Positions 1 through 8,749 of a stretch of DNA of 64,000 bases are shown piece by piece. Location of the stretch: the NCBI GenBank assembly GCA_965219085.1, contig OZ244720.1, positions 1,184,001 to 1,248,000 on the forward strand, in the 5' to 3' direction. The stretch is from Dehalococcoidia bacterium. Lineage in GTDB: Bacteria; Chloroflexota; Dehalococcoidia; UBA2979. The translations under genes were made by a program, and so were the position numbers. Each line of letters opens with the position of its first letter. Position 1 is the first letter of the stretch. The notes under the pieces were generated by a model. The model made no database searches. It worked only from the letters and a program-made list of their open reading frames with translations, and was not told where the DNA came from.

Positions 1-452
1 CGCACGGCGAGCTCGGTGAACGCGGGCGCGTGCCACATCGACGTGCCCGCTCCGGCGACTGCGACGGCCACGAGGACGAACCAGTAGTTCGAGGCGAGCC
101 CGACGGCGGCGTAGCCGAAGGCGAGGCAGGCCATGCTGCCGGCGAGCATGAACGCGATGCGGCTGCGGAACATGTCGGTGAACATGCCGGCCGGGATGTT
201 CATCGCGCCCATCGCCGCCGCGCGCACGCCGATGATGCCGCCGGCGGCGACGTCGCTCAGCAGCAGCGCCTCCTTGATGTGGGGGAGGAGCAGCAGCAGC
301 GTCTGCTGGTAGAAGTGCTTGACGCCGTGCCCGGCCGACAGCCCGACCATGAGCCGCATGCTCCGCGGCGGGCGCGACGCGGGCGTCGGCGCCTGCGGGC
401 GCTCCTCGCCAGGTGCGGGGACCGGCGTGGGGGTGCGTTCGGCGGTGGCCAT
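1..452 (-). CDS. MFS transporter (N-terminal part, runs off window)
   Basis: Manual translation: MATAERTP...LSAGHGVKHFYQQTLLLLLPHIKE...NIPAGMFTDMFRSR...GAGTSMWHAPA; MFS TM1-TM4 pattern; not in the ORF track because it is truncated. Confidence 0.8.
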   Translation of the reverse strand, partial: MATAERTPTPVPAPGEERPQAPTPASRPPRSMRLMVGLSAGHGVKHFYQQTLLLLLPHIKEALLLSDVAAGGIIGVRAAAMGAMNIPAGMFTDMFRSRIAFMLAGSMACLAFGYAAVGLASNYWFVLVAVAVAGAGTSMWHAPAFTELAV

Positions 453-686
453 GGCGGCTAGGGTACCGCCCGCGTCGAGCGGCCGGGTCGCATCATTGGA
501 ATGGTTACCGGAATCGCGCCGCGTGCATCACAGCTCGAGTTACCGAACGGCACGACGACACACCCTGCACAGGCAACCGGATCAACGCTGCCATTGAGCA
601 GTTCATCCGCTGGTGGCAACGAGGGTGCGGGTGGGGCGGGGTGGGCTCACACTCGCAGGCCGACCACGGGTCGGCTCACGCCCGGC

Positions 687-1097
687 CTATCGGAGCAGGG
701 CGGTGAAGCCCGCCTGCTCGAAGTCCCGGTCGTAGGCGAGCGCCTCGGTGATGCTCCGCTCTTCCATGACGAGGAAGCTTGCGCAGTCCGTGAGGCTCCA
801 CGTCTGGTCGGGCCGGGCGGCGTAGTGCTCGACGGCGGCACTGAACTGGGCGTCCGTCTGCGGGACGATCTCCACGTCGGGTCTGGCTTGCAGGTTTCGG
901 ACCATCTCCACGGCAAGGCTCCGAAGGTAATCACCTCCACGTGACGCGTAGTTGAGGACCTCGGCTATGACCATCTGGGTCGTCACAGTGCCGAACAACC
1001 CCAGACCCGCGGCCACCGTCCTCGCCCGCTCGTGCAACGGGTCCCTGCTGTCCAGGTTCGCTATGAAGTACCCCGCGTCAGCGAACACCACGTTCAT
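687..1097 (-). CDS. PIN-domain (VapC-like) toxin
   Basis: VFADAGY...E...SLTDCASF...D.DF PIN acidic motifs; ATG at 1097 overlaps the antitoxin stop (TGATG). Confidence 0.9.
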   Translation of the reverse strand: MNVVFADAGYFIANLDSRDPLHERARTVAAGLGLFGTVTTQMVIAEVLNYASRGGDYLRSLAVEMVRNLQARPDVEIVPQTDAQFSAAVEHYAARPDQTWSLTDCASFLVMEERSITEALAYDRDFEQAGFTALLR

Positions 1098-1351
1098 CAG
1101 TCTTCGACCTTCGGGTGTCCGTACAGGTAGTGCTTGTAGTTCCTGGCCCCATCGGTCGGCATGTCGTCCCACGCCTCCGGCGGGACGGAATTCCTGAGCC
1201 TGTCGAACATCTCCACGAGAGATTCATGCGCCCCGCCGGGCAGCTGCGCGGCCTCAATGGACACCGTCACCTCCTCGCCCTCATCGAGGTCAAGAGGCTC
1301 CACGGGCGTGAGCACGCCATTGGCGTACGTGGCTCTGACGGTTGTAGTCAT
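1097..1351 (-). CDS. Antitoxin, DUF104/AF2212-like
   Basis: VRATYANGVLTPVEPLDLDEGEEVTVSIE pattern; C-terminal NYKHYLYG; coupled to the PIN gene. Confidence 0.85.
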   Translation of the reverse strand: MTTTVRATYANGVLTPVEPLDLDEGEEVTVSIEAAQLPGGAHESLVEMFDRLRNSVPPEAWDDMPTDGARNYKHYLYGHPKVED

Positions 1352-1447
1352 GGCTGATCTTCCCGGAGCGCGTATCTGCCCCTATCCTACCGCGCCGACC
1401 TCGGTAACACTCACTGATGGCGCACTGCGGCTGCTTGGTGGCGCGCC

Positions 1448-1550
1448 CCCTCGCTGTAGCCTCACGACGCGCTCCATTACGATCGCGGTCACGCGAGGAG
1501 CGACCGCGACCGCGACCGCGGGCGTCGCCGCCTCGGCGTTCGCCGCGAGG
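1448..1550 (+). repeat. Direct repeat copy 1 (promoter/RBS/first codons of the downstream RM gene)
   Basis: CCCTCGCTGTAGCCTC(A/G)CGACGCGCTCCATTACGATCGCG..CGAGGAGCG.. recurs at 2335-2437. Confidence 0.85.
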
Positions 1551-1557
1551 AAGGGCT

Positions 1558-2346
1558 ATGTCGCTGCACCTGGTTACATGGAACGTCCAGTGGGCTACCC
1601 CTCGCTCACCGCGGCGCACTGAAATCCTGACCCGCATCGACCGGGCACGCCCCGAGGTCATCCGTCTCACTGAGACGGATGTCGGGCTGCTGTCTCAACG
1701 CGGGCACACGATCTGCTCGCAACCCGACTATGGGTACCCGATCCGGGAAGGGTGGCGGAAGGTCATGCTCTGGTCCCGGGAATCCTGGGAGCAGGTGGAT
1801 GACGCGGGACACCATTCGATGCCGCCGGGGCGGTTCGTGTCCGGCGTCACGCATACATCGCTCGGCCCGGTCACCGTCGTCGGGGTCTGCATTCCCTGGT
1901 TCCGATCACGTGCCGAGGCCAGGCGCGGGCCGGAACGCAGGAAGCCGTGGGAGGACCACGAACGCTATCTGGCCGGTCTCACTGCAGTCCTGCGACGCGC
2001 GCCTACGGAGCGCCTGATCGTCATGGGCGACTTCAATCAGATCGTTGGGCCGGGCAGCCGCGCACCTCTTGAGTTGCGATCGGCACTGCAGCAGGCCTTC
2101 CCACCAGGCATGCGCATTGCTACGTCGGATCTGACCTTCGAGGGCCGGAAGAGCATCGACCACCTTGCACTGAGCGACGACCTGGCAGTCGAGTGCCTCG
2201 ACGTCATCAGCAACAAGCACGACGGGCCGAGGCTGTCAGACCACTTCGGGGTCGTCGCTGCACTGTCCGCCCGGAACGCGCTCGACCGCCCCTGCCGAGC
2301 CGACGACCGCCGAGCCGACGACCGGGGAGCCGCGCCCTCGCTGTAG
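1558..2346 (+). CDS. Endonuclease/exonuclease/phosphatase family protein
   Basis: TWNV, LTE, MGDFN, IDH, SDH motifs. Confidence 0.9.
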   Translation: MSLHLVTWNVQWATPRSPRRTEILTRIDRARPEVIRLTETDVGLLSQRGHTICSQPDYGYPIREGWRKVMLWSRESWEQVDDAGHHSMPPGRFVSGVTHTSLGPVTVVGVCIPWFRSRAEARRGPERRKPWEDHERYLAGLTAVLRRAPTERLIVMGDFNQIVGPGSRAPLELRSALQQAFPPGMRIATSDLTFEGRKSIDHLALSDDLAVECLDVISNKHDGPRLSDHFGVVAALSARNALDRPCRADDRRADDRGAAPSL

Positions 2347-2437
2347 CCTCGCGACGCGCTCCATTACGATCGCGTTCAAGCGAGGAGCGCCCGTGACCGC
2401 GACGCCCGACACCTCCGCAGCCGCCTTCGCCGCCAAG
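2335..2437 (+). repeat. Direct repeat copy 2 (native promoter and start of RM gene)
   Basis: Near-identical to 1448-1550; -10 TACGAT, RBS GAGGAG, GTG start 2393. Confidence 0.85.
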
Positions 2438-5347
2438 TGGCGCGAGAACGCGCGCCGCGAGCGACCGGCGTCGCAGGAGCACTTCATCGACCTCTGCCGC
2501 CTGCTCGGCGTGCAGACTCCCAACGAGGCCGACCCCGTGGGCGAGTGGTACGCGTTCGAGGCGGGCGCGGAACGGACCAGCACCGGCCGGCAGGGCCGCG
2601 CCGACGTCTGGAAGCGCGAGCACTTCGGCTGGGAGTACAAGGGCGCCCACGCCGACCTCGCCGCGGCGTACCGCCAGCTCCTCGACTACCGCGAGGACCT
2701 CGAGAACCCGCCCGCGCTCGTCGTCAGCGACATGGACCTGATCGAGGTCCACACCAACTTCACCGGCACCCGCCCCGACATCCACCGCGTCACCCTCGAC
2801 GACCTCGATGCCGGCGGCGACCGCACGGCCGATGCGCTGCGCGTGCTGCGCGCCGTCATGCTCGAGCCGGAGGCGCTGCGGCCCGAGCAGACGCCCGACG
2901 AGATCACCGAGCTCGCCGCGGCGCGCTTCGCCGAGATCGCTCGGTCCATGCACGAGCGCGGGCACGAGCCGGAGGCGGTCGCGCACCACCTCAACCGCGT
3001 CGTCTTCTGCCTGTTCGCCGAGGACGCCCGGCTGCTGCCGGAGCGCGTGCTCACCGGCATGATCGAGTCGCGGCGCGGCGACCCCGGCGAGTTCGACCGA
3101 GGGCTCGCCGAGCTCTTCCGCCTCATGTCGGACCGCGCGGCCGGGCGCTTCTTCGGCAACGAGCGCGTCGAGTGGTTCAACGGCGGGCTCTTCGACGGCG
3201 CCGAGGTGATCCCGTGCACCGCCGAGGAGCTGCGCGCGATGCACGACGCGGCGCTGCTCGACTGGTCGCGCGTGGAGCCGGCGATCCTCGGCACGCTGTT
3301 CGAGCGCGGGCTGGACCCCGACAAGCGCGGGCAGCTCGGCGCGCACTACACGGACCACGAGAAGATCCTGATGGTCGTCGAGCCGGTCGTGCTCGACCCG
3401 CTGCGCCGCGAGTTCGCGGCGATGCAGGCGCGCGTCGAAGAGCTGGCGGGCGGCCAGGAGCCGAGCCCGCCCTTGCGCGACGGCCGCCGCCGCCCGCGCA
3501 GCGGCCGATTCCGCCTGGAACCGTGGGAGCAAGACAGTGAGGACGCGTGGCGCGCGTTCCTCGATCGGCTGCGCGCGGTGCGCGTGCTGGACCCGGCGTG
3601 CGGGTCGGGCAACTTCCTGTACGTGACGCTGCGGCTGCTCAAGGATCTGGAGCAGGAGGTGATCGGCTGGGGGACGGACCGGCTGCGCATCCCGCGCGAG
3701 TTCCCGCAGGTGGGGCCGCACAACGTGCTGGGCATCGAGCTGAACGCGTACGCGAGGGAGCTGGCGGGCGTCTCGATCTGGATCGGGCACATCCAGTGGA
3801 TGCTGGACCACGGCTACGGCTTCCCGCGCAACCCGGTGCTGCAGCCCCTCCACAACATCGAGCAGCGCGACGCGATCCTCGCCCGCGACGCCGAGGGCGC
3901 GCCGGTCCCGGCCACGTGGCCGACGGCTGAGTTCGTCGTCGGCAACCCGCCGTTCCTGGGCGGCGGCGGAGGTCGGCTTCGTTCGGCGCTCGGTGACGAC
4001 TACCTCACCTTCCTATGGGAAGCATGGGAGGGCGCAGTCGCCCGGGAGTCTGACCTCGTGTGCTACTGGCACGAGTTGGCGAGGGAGCAAATCGTAGCTG
4101 GCCTCACTTCTCGCGCTGGGTTGCTAGCCACGAACTCCGTCCGCGGAGGTCCGAATCGCCGCACGCTCGAACGGATCCGGGACTCCGGTCAGATCTTCAT
4201 GGCCTGGTCGGATGAGCCCTGGATAGTCGAGGGAGCAGCCGTCCGAGTCGCGATCGTCGCGCAAGACGACGGCTCGGAGTCACAGCGGGCGCTCGATGGT
4301 CACGCGGTCCCCGCGATCAACAGCGATCTCACGGGTGAACTCGATCTCACGCTGGCACGCGCTCTGCCAGAGAATTCGGGGACTTCCTTCAGAGGTGACA
4401 CAAAGGGGGGCGGGTTCGACATCGACGGCGACCTTGCCCGTGAAATGCTGAGGCAGCCGACAAACATCAACGGCCGCCCGAACGCCGACGTGATCGTGCC
4501 ATGGGTGAACGGGCGCGACGTCACGGCTCGGTCGCGCGGGATGTTCATCATTGACTTCGGGACAGAACTCTCAGAGGTCGAGGCCGCCGCCTATGAGTCA
4601 CCGTTTGCGCATGTCGAGGCGAACGTTCAGCCGGCGCGCGCCACGAATAGGCGTACCGCGTACCGAGAGCGCTGGTGGCGACACATCGAACCGCGGCCGG
4701 GGATGAGAAGCGCTCTGGCCCCGCTCTCGCGTTTCATTGTGACTACGATGGTGGCGAAGCACCGCACGTTCGTCTGGCTCTCTGCGCCGACACTCCCGGA
4801 TCAACAAGTCATCGTCATCGCGCGGGAGGACGACTACGCGTTTGGGGTGCTGCACTCGCGGGCGCACGAACTGTGGTCGCTGCGCATGGGGACGTGGCTC
4901 GGCGTCGGCAACGACCCGCGCTACACGCCCACCTCGACGTTCGAGACGTTCCCCTTCCCGTGGCCCCTCGACACCCCCGACGAGGCGCTGAGCGACGCGC
5001 AGCGCGCGCACCGCGACGCCATCGCCGAGGCGGCGCGGGCGCTCGACGAGGCGCGGCGGCGCTGGCTCAACCCGCCCGAGTGGGTGCGCGAGGAGCCCGA
5101 CGTGGTCCCCTCGCTGCCCCCGCGCCTGCTCCCTGTCGACGAGGACGCCGAGCGCGAGCTGCGCAAGCGCACGCTGACCAACCTCTACAACGCCCGCCCG
5201 GCGTGGCTCGCCCACCTCCACACCACCCTCGACGCCACCGTGTTCGCGGCGTACGGCTGGCCGGAGGCGGGGGCGCCCGCCGAGTTGGGGGAGGAGGAGC
5301 TGCTGGGGCGGCTGCTGGCGCTGAATTTCGAGCGGGCGGAGCCGTAA
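2393..5347 (+). CDS. Type IIL/IIG (MmeI-like) restriction-modification enzyme, N6-adenine MTase
   Basis: N-terminal AD...EYK nuclease motif, FNGGLF, GAHYT, DPACGSGNF (motif I), GNPPF (motif IV), C-terminal TRD and RTLTNLYN. Confidence 0.9.
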   Translation: MTATPDTSAAAFAAKWRENARRERPASQEHFIDLCRLLGVQTPNEADPVGEWYAFEAGAERTSTGRQGRADVWKREHFGWEYKGAHADLAAAYRQLLDYREDLENPPALVVSDMDLIEVHTNFTGTRPDIHRVTLDDLDAGGDRTADALRVLRAVMLEPEALRPEQTPDEITELAAARFAEIARSMHERGHEPEAVAHHLNRVVFCLFAEDARLLPERVLTGMIESRRGDPGEFDRGLAELFRLMSDRAAGRFFGNERVEWFNGGLFDGAEVIPCTAEELRAMHDAALLDWSRVEPAILGTLFERGLDPDKRGQLGAHYTDHEKILMVVEPVVLDPLRREFAAMQARVEELAGGQEPSPPLRDGRRRPRSGRFRLEPWEQDSEDAWRAFLDRLRAVRVLDPACGSGNFLYVTLRLLKDLEQEVIGWGTDRLRIPREFPQVGPHNVLGIELNAYARELAGVSIWIGHIQWMLDHGYGFPRNPVLQPLHNIEQRDAILARDAEGAPVPATWPTAEFVVGNPPFLGGGGGRLRSALGDDYLTFLWEAWEGAVARESDLVCYWHELAREQIVAGLTSRAGLLATNSVRGGPNRRTLERIRDSGQIFMAWSDEPWIVEGAAVRVAIVAQDDGSESQRALDGHAVPAINSDLTGELDLTLARALPENSGTSFRGDTKGGGFDIDGDLAREMLRQPTNINGRPNADVIVPWVNGRDVTARSRGMFIIDFGTELSEVEAAAYESPFAHVEANVQPARATNRRTAYRERWWRHIEPRPGMRSALAPLSRFIVTTMVAKHRTFVWLSAPTLPDQQVIVIAREDDYAFGVLHSRAHELWSLRMGTWLGVGNDPRYTPTSTFETFPFPWPLDTPDEALSDAQRAHRDAIAEAARALDEARRRWLNPPEWVREEPDVVPSLPPRLLPVDEDAERELRKRTLTNLYNARPAWLAHLHTTLDATVFAAYGWPEAGAPAELGEEELLGRLLALNFERAEP

Positions 5348-5416
5348 GCGACACCCCCGACCTGGCAGGGGCGTGGTGCTACACTCGATCCGGTCGCGAA
5401 TCGAGCGGAGCTCCGG

Positions 5417-5698
5417 ATGGACGTCAAGGAAGCGGTTGCGGTGGCAAAGGGCTACGTCACGCAGCTCTACGTCGGCGAAGAGATCACCGATGTAGGCCTC
5501 GAGGAGGTCGAATTCGACCAGTTGTCCAATCAGTGGAGCGTGACGATAGGCTTCTTCCGGCCGTGGAACCGCACGTTGCCGGAAGCTTTAGCCCTGGCTC
5601 GCCGCGCGTCCGCACGCTCCTACAAGGTGCTTCGGATCGATGACAACAGCGGCGAAGTGAAGTCGCTCAAGGACCGCATCCTGACCGCCGCGCAGTGA
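5417..5698 (+). CDS. Small hypothetical protein, probable antitoxin partner of downstream PIN
   Basis: 93 aa, GLEEVEFD...W.VTIGF.RPW; 4 nt upstream of the PIN gene. Confidence 0.7.
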   Translation: MDVKEAVAVAKGYVTQLYVGEEITDVGLEEVEFDQLSNQWSVTIGFFRPWNRTLPEALALARRASARSYKVLRIDDNSGEVKSLKDRILTAAQ

Positions 5699-5702
5699 GC
5701 CC

Positions 5703-6164
5703 ATGCCCCCAACCGGGTACTTCATCGACGCGCACCTGCTCGTCCTTCTGGTGGTAGGGAACGAGGACCGCGTCCTGATCAACAGGCACCGGCGGCTCAG
5801 ACAGTACACCGCCGAGGACTACGACCTGCTCCTCGAGATCGTCGCCGGCGTCACGGATATCTACGTAACGCCGAACACCCTCACCGAGGCCTCGAACCTG
5901 CTGAGGCAGCACGAGGAGCCCGAGCGCTCCCGCCTCTCCGAGCAACTGAGGTGGCTGATAGAAGGCAGCGAGGAGATCACGGTCCGGAGCGCAGTCGCGT
6001 CGTCCAACAGCGAGTACGTTCGGCTCGGTTTGACCGACGCAGCGTTGCTTGAGGTCGCTACCGCCGACACTCCATTGATCACGAGAGACGTCATTCTGTA
6101 CATCGCGGCGTGCGAGAAAGACCCGCATGCGGCTCTGAACTTCGACCACTACCGCGGCCTCTGA
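5703..6164 (+). CDS. PIN-domain protein
   Basis: FIDAHLL, LTEASNL, LGLTDAALL, LITRD. Confidence 0.8.
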   Translation: MPPTGYFIDAHLLVLLVVGNEDRVLINRHRRLRQYTAEDYDLLLEIVAGVTDIYVTPNTLTEASNLLRQHEEPERSRLSEQLRWLIEGSEEITVRSAVASSNSEYVRLGLTDAALLEVATADTPLITRDVILYIAACEKDPHAALNFDHYRGL

Positions 6165-6228
6165 ACCGGCCACCGCCTCCACCCAGACCGCGCCGTCGCC
6201 AAGCAAGAGAAGTCGTCACCGACGCGGA

Positions 6229-7038
6229 TTAGCGGACGGCGAGCACCCCCATCTGCGCGAACGTGTAGAACGGCGACTCTGACTCGGCCCACGTCGCCCA
6301 GGCGACCGACAGTCGGTCCAGGTCGGCCTGGGTGGCGTATCCGTACTCGACGGCCTGCTCCGCGACGCTCGAGTAGAGGATGCGCTGCGACCACGTGCGA
6401 CCCCAGATCCTCGCCTCCTCACCGTCGAGGGCGACGACGTTGGGGTGCAACTCGATCTCCGGGAACCCGGCGGCACGGACCCACCCAGGCAGGGCGCGGC
6501 CCGCGTCGGGTTCGGCGTCATTGTGGTACGCGGTCTGGTGGTAGAGCCGGTTCCAGTCCTCGAACTCCGGGAACCTGGGCGAGGGGCTCATCGTCGCGTA
6601 GTCGGCGTCGCGCACGGCGAGCAGGCCGCCCGGCCTGAGCACGCGCCGCATCTCGCGGATCGCGCGCACCGGGTCGGTCAGGTGCTGCAGCAGCTGGTTG
6701 GCGTAGACGACGTCGAACGCCGCGTCCGGGTCGTCGAGGGCGTAGACATCGCCGACGACGAACGTGACGTTGTCGACGCCCTCCCCGGCGGCGTGGGCGC
6801 GCGCGTGTTCGAGGACGCCCGGCGCCACGTCGAGCCCTGTCACGTCGCCGGGCGAGACGGCGCGCGCGAGGCCGGCGGTGACCGTGCCCGGCCCGCAGCC
6901 GGCGTCGAGCAGGCGCATGCCGGGCGCCAGGCGCGGCAGCAGGAACCACGCCTCGACCTCGGCGCGACGCCGCGCGTGCGACCGTACGACGGACTCGTGG
7001 TGGCCGTGCGTGTAGCGGTCGCGCGGGGTGTCACTCAT
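6229..7038 (-). CDS. Class I SAM-dependent methyltransferase
   Basis: YTHGHHESV, LLDAGCGPG, FDVV...LQHL.DP, LRPGG. Confidence 0.9.
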   Translation of the reverse strand: MSDTPRDRYTHGHHESVVRSHARRRAEVEAWFLLPRLAPGMRLLDAGCGPGTVTAGLARAVSPGDVTGLDVAPGVLEHARAHAAGEGVDNVTFVVGDVYALDDPDAAFDVVYANQLLQHLTDPVRAIREMRRVLRPGGLLAVRDADYATMSPSPRFPEFEDWNRLYHQTAYHNDAEPDAGRALPGWVRAAGFPEIELHPNVVALDGEEARIWGRTWSQRILYSSVAEQAVEYGYATQADLDRLSVAWATWAESESPFYTFAQMGVLAVR

Positions 7039-7304
7039 CCGCGAATCCGTCCCCGTCTCGTCTCGCCTGTGCGGTCGCCGGGGCATCTTACGGCGGGCGT
7101 GCGGGGGGAGGAGGCGTCGCTGGCCGAGTGGTCGCTGGGGCTGGTTGCTGGCACTGGATTGGGAGCAGGCACGTGACACGATGGTGGCTCTGTTGGTGGT
7201 AGGCTGAGGGAAGCGCTGACGCGGGCATGCGGATTCAGTTTGGGCGACGACCGTGCGTTGGCATGGCGAGTGAACGTTCCGCACCAGGAGACCTGGGACA
7301 GAAG

Positions 7305-7601
7305 ATGCCTGATCCTGTCGAAGTCCGCGTCAACGACGTCGGCGACATCCTCTACCTGAGGTTCCTGCGCGCGAAGATCGCTGTCAGCCGCGAGGTCGAT
7401 GACCTGCGCTGCGCCGACTACGACAGCGAGGGGCGCCTGATCGGCGTCGAGCTCATCGGGCTCCCGGGCGGCGTGAGCCTCGTCGGGCTGCCGGAGGCGG
7501 AGCGCATCCGCGACGCGCTGATCGAGCACGGCCCGCCGAAGCTGCGCGTCGAAGGCGACGAGGTGTTCCACCCGCTCAACAAGTCGGCAGCGACCTCCTG
7601 A
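7305..7601 (+). CDS. DUF2283-like protein
   Basis: DILYLRF...DYDSEGRLIGVELI; start could be 7263. Confidence 0.7.
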   Translation: MPDPVEVRVNDVGDILYLRFLRAKIAVSREVDDLRCADYDSEGRLIGVELIGLPGGVSLVGLPEAERIRDALIEHGPPKLRVEGDEVFHPLNKSAATS

Positions 7602-7671
7602 ACCGCGCTCCGGCGTTCACGGCGAGCGTCGGGGAGGAACGTGACATGAGCTTCCGGAGGACGGGCACAGC

Positions 7672-7887
7672 TTGAAGGTCAGCCACGACCCCGAGACCGA
7701 CATGATGTACATCGAGTTCGAGGAGCGACCCAGCCTCGAATCGTTCGAGTTGTTCGACGGCATCGTCGTCGACCTCGACGCGGACGAGCACGTCGTGGGT
7801 ATCGAGATCGAGTGGGCGTCGAAGAAGTTCGATGTCGAGCAGTTGCGCACCGCCCTCGAATCGAAGCGCGTCCCTCGCCCCGCCTGA
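7672..7887 (+). CDS. DUF2283-like protein
   Basis: KVSHDPETDMMYIEF...VDLDADEHVVGIEI; TTG start after GGAGG. Confidence 0.8.
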   Translation: MKVSHDPETDMMYIEFEERPSLESFELFDGIVVDLDADEHVVGIEIEWASKKFDVEQLRTALESKRVPRPA

Positions 7888-7927
7888 CGGACGACTTCCG
7901 GCAGCCTGAGCCCCGTATACTCGCGAC

Positions 7928-8734
7928 GTGATCGAGCAGCCGCCGGACGGCGTTGAGCGCCGCCCCGTCACCACCGCCGCACGCATCCTCATGAGCGGCC
8001 CCGTCGCCCTCGTCTCCACGCGCGACAAGGGCGAGAGCAATGTGCTGCCCGTGGCCTGGCACATGCCGCTCTCGCTCGAGCCGCCCCTCGTCGGCATCGC
8101 ACTCGAGCAGTCCCGGTACAGCCTCGACATGATCCGCGGCTCCGAGCAGTTCGCGATCAACATTCCCACCCGCGCCCTGCTCCACCACGTCCAGTACCTC
8201 GGGGGCTACACCGGCGAGGACATCGACAAGTTCGAGGCGACCCAGCTCGAGATCTTCACCCCCACCCACGTCGACGCGCCGCTGCTGCAGTACTGCGCCG
8301 CGTGGATCGAGTGCGAGCTGCAGGACACGATCGTGCTCGGCGACCACGAGCTGTGCATCGGCCTCGTCGTCGCCGTCCACGTCGACGTCGAGGCGTTCGA
8401 CGAGCGCTGGCTGCTGCGCGCCGACGAGCACAGCCCCCTGCACTTCCTCGGCGGCAACGAGTACGCGCAGCTCGGCCAGGTGCTGGAGGCGCGTGTGCCT
8501 CGGTCGTTCGAGGCGCCCGAGCAGATCCTCGCCGAGCGCATCGCCGAGGAGCTGGATCTGACCGAGGAGGCGCGCGAGCGCCGCGCGGAACAGCTCGACG
8601 AGGTGCAGCGGGAGGTCGACGCGGGCAACGTCGTGGACCTTGCGAGCCTCGCCGATCCGGATCTGCCGGACTTCGACCTCTCGGCGGGCATCATCATCGG
8701 CGAGCCGCCGCCCGGCGGGCCGCCCGAGGAGTAG
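7928..8734 (+). CDS. Flavin reductase (DIM6/NTAB) family protein with acidic C-terminal extension
   Basis: PVALVST, PPLVGI, FAINIP, ECEL...GDH motifs. Confidence 0.85.
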   Translation: MIEQPPDGVERRPVTTAARILMSGPVALVSTRDKGESNVLPVAWHMPLSLEPPLVGIALEQSRYSLDMIRGSEQFAINIPTRALLHHVQYLGGYTGEDIDKFEATQLEIFTPTHVDAPLLQYCAAWIECELQDTIVLGDHELCIGLVVAVHVDVEAFDERWLLRADEHSPLHFLGGNEYAQLGQVLEARVPRSFEAPEQILAERIAEELDLTEEARERRAEQLDEVQREVDAGNVVDLASLADPDLPDFDLSAGIIIGEPPPGGPPEE

Positions 8735-8749
8735 CCGGGGCGTCCCGGA

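Noticed and set aside
623-645. G-quadruplex-like run
   Set aside because: Common by chance at this GC content; no supporting context
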